From Chrysomallon squamiferum (lineage: Eukaryota > Animalia > Mollusca), in contig CM022672.1 of assembly GCA_012295275.1 (NCBI GenBank), positions 35,278,001 through 35,342,000 on the forward strand: a stretch of 64,000 bases of DNA, in the 5' to 3' direction. The position numbers were made by a program, and so were the translations under genes. A model generated the notes under the pieces. It was not told the DNA's origin. It ran no database searches and saw nothing but the letters and a program-made list of their open reading frames with translations. Positions within the stretch are counted from its first letter, which is position 1, and each line of letters opens with the position of its first letter. This document shows, one piece after another, positions 55,201 through 64,000 of the stretch.

Positions 55201-56649
55201 TCTCTCGCCTCATCAATATTCATGAGCTTTCCAAATCACTGTTTGCTCGATTGTTCTACTTGTGCGTTTCCGATGATTCTCAACGACTACAACTTAGCGG
55301 TTTTGAAAAATTCAACAAGTTTCAATTAACGTTCTCGAAACGTTTGTTTTATTTTTAACACTTTCTGTAACATGCTGGAAATGTTTTTGCACCCTTCTCG
55401 TTTTAATAATAATAATAATAAAATATATATACATACATATATATACACATACATATTTATTAACATTAAAGCCTGTTATTAAACGAGCGCTCGATCTAAC
55501 AAGTTTTACAACGATTTAACAACTTGAAGTGTATTTCTTCTTGCTTGTCAAGTGACCAGACCCTCTTTAACCGATACAAGATAATTTCTACAAGATTACA
55601 TCCCTTGGAATTGCGCGAGATCGCACGCGCGCCCCACGCAGCCTCACGGAGACACTTTCTTTGATAAAAGCGCCATTGTGAGACGGAGAAAGGCAATGTG
55701 TACCGCGCAAACATCATTTACCTCACGCAGTCGGAGCGGTGGTTATTCTCAAAACCCGCGTTTTCCCTTCCACGTTGTGGGAGTTGGAGGCGCGGAGTCT
55801 GCCGTGCACACAACAGTTTACTCGCAGACTTCAACAACGCGCGCGTTTTCCCGCCAGCTTCTTCCTTCCCGCCCATTACCGCGGCTCTGTGTGCATCCCA
55901 ACGTAATCTACCAGCCATCAAATTGCCATAATATAAATGAAACGATTTTCTTTTTCTTTTTTTTTTCTTCCACCTTTTTCTCTTGTCAATTTAAACTTTT
56001 ACATTTCTGTAATCTTCTTGTTAAAAATTCTTTAAAAAAAGAAAAAAGACACTGAAAAAACACAAAAAAAAAAAAGCAACTAATAAAAATGAAATATTCA
56101 CTGAATGAACAGGACTGTACGGCAGGTGGATTTATTTAGTAATAAATTTTTAATCGTTTGAAGACTTACAAGACAGATTTGTTTGACAAGAGAACGGGGG
56201 AATACTCGATTAATATATAAACCTGCCACTTTGCAGGCCAGAGTTAGAACCAGAGTTAGAACCAGAGTTAGAACCAGAGCTCTTCAATGTGGGAACAAGC
56301 TCGCCAATTTCACGTAAAAATGCCAAAAAGCTGAATGTTATTGAACCGTGGTTGTAAACAGAAGTCACCTCACTGTTGTCTGAAACTTTGCATTTGTAAA
56401 GTTTAATATCCCGGATCTTAATCATTTCGTGTTGTTGTGTGATAAACGCTGAACGGAAATTTTTGAAAAACTGATTGTGAATGATTACATTAATCAGTTT
56501 TTAAAACAAACAGTTTAAATTTTTATTTTTCGTAAAAATGTAATTATAGGAGTTAATCATTTTGGTTGTTTGCTGAACTGCAAATAATTGATAATTTTGA
56601 ATAAATCAATAATAACAACAACAATACGATGGCATTTAGACATCAGCAG

Positions 56650-56722
<73 letters not shown>

Positions 56723-57196
56723 GCAACCGCTATAGTAATAAGTGTAACAACAAAGATAATAATGACTGTAACAACAACAACAACAACAACAAAAAAGCAG
56801 TAATAACAACAGGAAATATCAACAAACGAGGTTGCGAAACGATCCTGCTTCTTTCATGTTTTCGTTGAAATTCCCGTCCGATTAAATCTAGTATCGCGTG
56901 AGATCTGAAACCGCTGGACACTGTCCAGTCTCCATCTGTCGTCAGGAAAACACAACTGGTGACACTTCCGGTCTGGCTCGCGGTCGGAAGCGTGGTGGAA
57001 GCGGGGAGCGAGGCTGTGGGAGAAATAACGTAATCTGTCGGATGCAGTCGACTCAGTGATGTAAGTCTTCACACATCTTTCTTTTCTTGTCGTCCTTGCT
57101 GATGCCGTTGTTTCTCTTTTATCATTATTATTATTACTTTGTTACTTTGATATTAATATTGTTGTAGTTGTGGTTGTTATAATTATTATTATTATA

Positions 57197-57244
<48 letters not shown>

Positions 57245-57841
57245 TATTTTTATTATTATTATTATTATTATTATTACTGTTATTTTTATTATTGTTGATT
57301 CTTTTTTATCATTAACGTCATTATTTATTTATTAATTAATTTATTTATATCTACATGTATCAATAATTATCAACATTGTTGTTGTTGTTATTTCGACATC
57401 GTCATTATTATTTATTTATCTATCTACATGTATCTATTATTATCATTTTTGTTGTTTTTCTTGTTTTAACATCTTCTTTACTAACATAATTATTTATTTA
57501 CCTACATAATCTATCATTATTATTGTTGTTGTTGTTGTTGTTGATGCACTGCAGCTGTTGCTTGGTGTGATGAAGAAACGGGATGAGTAAATGTAATAAA
57601 CACGACTTACTTATTTTCGTATTTTTATTTTTACAGTTTCATTACTCAGACAAGTGCACACATTCAGAAGTAATTAGATTATTGTTTGAGTTATAAAGTG
57701 ACTGAGTACACAAAATATTTTCATTGTAATTACAGTATTAATAATTTCTTGTGTAAAAAAAAAAAAATCAAAACAAACAGCGTAGAAACTTATTATAGCT
57801 ACATGAATACGTGTGTGCGCGCGTGTATGTGTGTATATGTA

Positions 57842-57890
<49 letters not shown>

Positions 57891-59955
57891 TTTCGTGCCC
57901 ATCCAAGTTTTTCTGAAAGTTTCTAGTTCGCCTCTGATGATGGCTATGATTGTGAAGCCAGAAATAAAAAAAACAAAAAACATTTTCTAATCTAAATCTG
58001 CTTTTCATAGTATATGCGTCTATAACAGTTTTTGTTGTTGCGGTTACTACTGCTACTACTACTACCACTACTTTTACTACCACCACACCACTAATTTTAT
58101 ACTACCACTAGAATTACTTTACCACTACTATTGCTATTGTTACCAGTTATTACTTTCAACTACTTCTTTTTTTTTACTACTACTGCTACTACTATGCTAC
58201 TACACCAATAATAATATTTCTACTACTACTACAACTACTACTACATAACTACTACTTCTATTAATACTACTACTGCTACTATTACTCTATGACTAATACT
58301 TCTACTACTACTACTGCTACTGCTCCTGCTACTACTACTATATAACTACTACCTTTACTATTACTACTACTATATAACTACTACCTTTACTATTACTACT
58401 ACTATATAACAGCTACTACTTCTACTATTACTACTACTATATAACTACTATTTCTACAATTACTACTACTATATAACTACTATTTCTGCTGTTAATACTA
58501 CTACTATATAATTACTATATCTATATTACTACTACTACTACTACTAGACTAATACTATCATGACTGCTAATAGTAACTAGTGTATGAGCTGTTTGTGTTG
58601 TTAATCTGTGTCGTCTGCCAGTCAAAGCATCCCATTCATTAGACTTTAATAACAACCTCGGCCCCGACGTGCTCTGCGTGAACAGTCAAATGTTCAAACC
58701 GTGCAACAACGTCTCCTTGTTCGCTACGGCATTAACTCGCAGAGGTTGTCTTTGGTGATGATGGCAGTTGTCTTTCACAGCGTTTCATCGAGTCAATCAA
58801 ATTCTTCGTCATTAGCGCGAACACGTCGCTCTCTGAGTTGTCTCCCTTTGCCCCACAGGATAATGGATCAAGAATACCGGGTGTCTGTTGAAGTTAAACA
58901 TATATATATATTTATTTATTTATTTATTTATTTATATATATTTATTATTTATTTTATTTATTTAAGTTATTAATTGTTGTGAATTCTTAATTTGTTCTAT
59001 TTTTGTATGTTTCAAGAAAATAGACCTAAAAAGAAACGATTAATTTCATAAAATTAAGTAAAAGTAATGCTTGAAAAAAGTTTTTTTTTTTTCTTTAATT
59101 TATTATTATTTTTTTCAATTTATTATTTTTATTGCTTTTATTTTTATCTGATTTTACTATTTTAGTTTCTTAAGAATTCAAGGTATAGTTTTTTCGAATA
59201 AATGAATATTTTAAAATTTCTTTCTAATTTAAACATGTCTCAGAAATAGACCGTATATAATTTTAATTAACACGAAAGCAATATTAATTCACCATCGTTT
59301 AAAGGATTATCTCAAAACCACAATTAGCAGTTTTATTCAGAGGCGTCTTAACTTTTCAAAGAGAACTGAGCAAACAGTTTAATCAGCTGATTCTCAGTTT
59401 AAGGTGATTTCATTGCAGAAATCATGAGAAAAAAAGTAATATCTTGTTACCTTCTTACATGTTTTCGAATAAGATTAAAATCTGTTATTTTCCAGAGAAT
59501 AATAAATAAATATTTCTTAAAGACATTAATCGTTCTAGAAATTATTATTATTTATGTATATTTATTGTTGTCTAATTCTCTTTAAAAATAAAAATGAAAA
59601 AAAAAAATGAAAAAAAAAAAAAAATCAACCTTTCCGTGTAGCTAATAAATTACAACTTACTTATTTCCTTCAACAAACTGAAATCCGTGGCTTTCCGTAA
59701 GACATTGAACATGTCACATCTACTAACACTTAAACTTGTTAAAATAAAGAGTATTTGACAAACTGAAACTCTTGTTAAAATAAAGAGTATTCAACAAATT
59801 GAAACTCTGTATCGTCAAGTCTAAATCTACGTTCACTTAAACTTGTTAAAATAAAAAGTATTTTAACGTAATTCCTAGAATGAATAACCAGTTTTTAAAG
59901 AACAGTATAATAGTCGTAGCAATTAGTACTCTGATGAAAAGATCTGATGAATATA

Positions 59956-59987
<32 letters not shown>

Positions 59988-60019
59988 ATAATAATAATAA
60001 TAATAATAATAATTACTGG

Positions 60020-60980
60020 TTAATGTTTAAAGGAATATTTTAAAATTTATTCGTAGACTAATTAAAGATTAGACAATATAATAATTATTTGTTCGACTGA
60101 TTAATGTTTTAGCAAATATAAAAATACTTCGTATTCTAATTAAAATATTTGAGGTACATTATAATAATAAAATTCGTAGCTGTATTAAGATGTTTAACGA
60201 ATATTATACTGTAATTCGTAGATGTTACGTTGATTACGAAATGTAATAAAAGTTGATCATAGACTGGTTAATATATTTAAAGAATATTTTAATCGAAATT
60301 TCTATATTAATTAATCTTTACTATAATTTTACAATAGTAATTCCAAAATGTTCAGGTAATATTATAGTAGTAACTCCTATATGTTTAGGGAATATTATAA
60401 TCGCAATTCCTGTATGTTTAGGGAATATTATAATCGTAATTCCTATATGTTTAGGGAATATTATAATCGTAATTCCTATATGTTTAGGTAATATTATAAT
60501 CGTAATTCCTATATGTTTACATAATATTGTAATAGTAATTCGTCTGATTAAGTTTTCAAGGAATATTATCGATTTAAGTTTTTTAATCATATGTAAATCT
60601 TATTAACGTTTAAGGAATACTATGACGTGTTGACGGTGTAATATATTTAAGGAATAATTGTTATAATTCTGATTTAATGAGTTTTATAACTGTATGCAGT
60701 TCTCCGTCCTATAGCAGTTTCAATGAATATTATAATGTACCTAAATAATATAATCCTGTTTTAATCATTTTTTACCAATAGTTTATAACTCTTCGTCCGA
60801 TTAATATTTTAAGGAATATTATGACGAGTGAACAGATTAAAGTATTTAAGGAATATTATAGTTCTGATTCGTGTGTTTAAGGAATATTATAGTTCTGATT
60901 CGTGTATGTAAGGAATAGTATAGTTCTGATTCGTGTGTTTAAGGAATATTATAGTTCTGATTGGTGTATTTAAGGAATGC
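60020..60980. repeat. Degenerate 31-33 bp minisatellite with two homogenised sub-arrays
   Basis: 33-bp AATATTATAATCGTAATTCCTATATGTTTAGGG at about 60330-60545; 31-bp AAGGAATATTATAGTTCTGATTCGTGTGTTT at about 60845-60980; related decayed units lie between and before them. Confidence 0.85.
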
Positions 60981-61522
60981 CTCACAGAGATTCTGAAGAT
61001 GTTTGAAGAACGCGGTGATGAAATTTCGTCTTTGATCATCGCGTATCTTATCAAGCAAAGATGGCGAAGGTTTTTCATTGAGGAAACAGTTTCAGAGAGT
61101 TTGTCAGTCGTGTGGGAAACACCGCGGGGGGGATATCCGCCATTAATACAGATTCCAAAATTAAAACATTTGTTGTGTAAAACGTCATCACTTACAAACT
61201 GGACAAGTTTTGTTTTTTTTCTCTAACTTGAATTCGGTTATACTAATGTCGTCGTTTTATTTGCTTTTTCTCTAGAAACCGTTCCTTTTCTTTCGTTCTT
61301 ATTTTTTTTTTTTTTTTCTTTCTTTTCTTTGATTAATTAATAATTAAAACTGATTATTTATCTTGCATTGTCTCAGACTGTTTCTTCAGTTTTGTTTTCA
61401 AAGAAAGAAAGATCCTATTTATTTATTTATTTGTTTTTATTCTATTCTATTTTATCTTATTTTAAATATTTATTATTATTATTATTGGTATTATTGTTGT
61501 TGTTGTTGTTGTTGTTGTTCTT

Positions 61523-61600
<78 letters not shown>

Positions 61601-62212
61601 TATAACATTTTAGAAGCTAGCGCTGTTTTAACTATTCTTTAAATATTATTTATAATGTTATACTATTATTAAATTATAATTAAAAGATATGTGGGAGACT
61701 CTTAATATTATTAATAATATTATTATCGTTATTACAATTATTCTACCACTACTACTACAACTACTATTACTGCTGTTATTACAATATCAATAATGATAAA
61801 TTCTGAACAATCAATTTTCCCTGTCATTTATAGACAATAACTTCAATACTCGTCAGCCGAAAGAATTAGTGAAAATAAAACCACACAAATAACAGAACGA
61901 TAATGATAGAAGAAGAAGAAGAAGAAGAAGAAGAAGAAGAAGAAGAAGAAGAAGAAATTACATAAACTTATATTAAAATGAGGAAATAAATATTTTTTCC
62001 TAACCCATGAACATAAATCAAATTCCGTAGTTTTTAATAAATCTTTATTTTTATCCATTATAAATATGTTTAAAACGTTTTATTAATAATGAAACATTGA
62101 TAAAAAAAAAACCCTTTTATTATAGTTATTACATATATTTAATTTTTTATTTTGTTATTATCATATTTAGTATCATCATCATCATCATCATCATATTATT
62201 ATTATTATTGTT

Positions 62213-62243
<31 letters not shown>

Positions 62244-63254
62244 TTGTTATTATTCCTACTATTACTACCACTACTGACGATATTACTGATCAAAAAAAAA
62301 ATTCTATATTATAAATCATTTTTTTTTTTTTTTTTTTTAATTCTCTGTTTAAATATTTTCACAATGAATTAATGAACGGTGTAAAAATATTTTCTTGTGG
62401 GAAATTACGTAGAACACGTCTACAATCTACGTCACACGCTGAGTGCAGATCAAGTTGGGTCAATGACGCGCAGTGTGCTCGTTAGTTTCGTACATCGCTA
62501 GCTCCACTCATCTTTTGATGACGATAAATTAGCGAGGAGAATACCCGCTGACAACTGGCAATATTAAACGTCTTCATCAAATCATTCACTCCACGTGACC
62601 CCACAACAAGTTAGCGCGTGAACAGTGGCTCCATTCACACGTATCACAACCGCGGAATGCTGGGTAGCCGAGCATGCGCAGTCGGGGAGAATCGAGATAG
62701 GTTCACGCACCCGCGATGAAGCTTAATTAGAATCAGTTCTCCCGCCTCGCTGGATGGAAGATGTCCTCGTTTGATTCGCCTAATCTCACCTCCGTCTCGC
62801 GCCAGGAGCAATAAATCCAATAATAGGCCATCATTAAATTACTAATACGTCTTAACACGAAGGTAAATTGCCAGTAAGAGTCTTAATATCGTTTTATCAA
62901 GTTGTTTCGTAAATTAGCAGATATATTTCTTTAAAAAAACAAAACAAAATTATTAGTGTTAATTATTTATAAATTTCGTTCAGTATTGATGAATAATAAA
63001 ATAATAATTAGACGACTTAACAACATCTCCAGCTATATATATATATATATTGTTATTTCACGCACCACCATCAGCAACAACAATACGACAACGACAACAA
63101 CAACAGAATATCAGTTTTAAGGTATAACAGTACCTCTCTCTACTATTCTAAGATAATTAAATCGTAGTAGTAGTAGTAGATGCAGTAGCAGTAGTAGTAG
63201 TAGTATTAGATGTGGTAGAAGCAGTAATAATAGTAATATAAATAATAATAATAA

Positions 63255-63295
<41 letters not shown>

Positions 63296-64000
63296 ACAGT
63301 AGTACAAGTAGCACCAGCAGCAGTAGTAGCAGTAGTAGTAGTAGTAGCAGTAGTAGCAGTAGTAGTAGTAGTAGTAGTATTGGTAGTAGTAGTAGTGGGT
63401 AATAATGATGATGATGATGTGACACATTAAGCGCTGCACGTGTACACATACAGTGGTGACGTAGTACGCAGACTAAGAAAGACTTTTGTATTAGTTGAAC
63501 TCGAGTCTAAGTATTTCATTATTTCATCCTGTTCCCAGACTACCAGTGACAGATGCACAGATCCGCTGTTTGAAGTTTACCCCAGAATATGAACACTCTT
63601 TAGATTTTCATAATGAAGGTACACTTTTCTTCTTTGAAGTACACTGCCACTTAAAACATAATGATCAGAGACCTAAGTATGTTTAAGACGTTTAGTTATG
63701 GTCTGGCCATAGCACGGTAATCAATTAATGTGTTTCCGTTTTATTAGCAAATCATAAGCAAGTACAAGATATATTTATTACGTTATAAGTGCGTTCGTAA
63801 TTAGCAGGCACTAAATGTAGGTTTGCGGCGTTTTTCCCATGGACTGGAGAACCTATTTTAATGTCGGAGATTTTTTTTTAACTTCTAAAGACCCGCCCAA
63901 TTATTATAGAAATGTGATATTTTCAATAGTAATTTAATTAAACACTTGTATGAAGAATACAACTTTCACACCAGCTTTTTTTTTTTTAAATTTTTTTTTT

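Noticed and set aside
60253-60606. 117-aa ORF with repeating GNIIIVIPICL
   Set aside because: Translation of the 33-bp minisatellite.

Overview
AT-rich, microsatellite-dense animal genomic DNA, most likely a lophotrochozoan such as a mollusc (inference). It is not prokaryotic. The only clearly intact gene is an NK4/Nkx2-5 (tinman-class) homeobox gene on the minus strand. Exon 1 CDS (54929-54566) carries the TN/eh1 motif, and exon 2 CDS (38845-38268) carries the homeodomain, NK2-SD, Tyr-rich region and GIRSW tail. They are joined in phase 1 across a 15.7-kb intron, giving about 313 aa. The left part (about 3.6-26.8 kb) is visibly CpG-depleted. It holds a full-length but dead hAT/Buster transposon nested inside an older transposase-like ORF, pogo and LINE remnants, and several kb-scale duplications. 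The right part keeps its CpGs and alternates simple repeats and 31-59 bp minisatellites with unique blocks that look like cis-regulatory modules. The most interesting observation is at the end of NK4 exon 1. A 2x47-bp AT-rich insert bounded by 8-bp direct repeats appears to have interrupted the ancestral exon, bringing a stop codon but also its own phase-compatible splice donor. The GC-rich, still in-frame ancestral exon tail and its G|GTAAG donor are left stranded in the intron. All family calls rest on motif recognition by eye; no searches were run.
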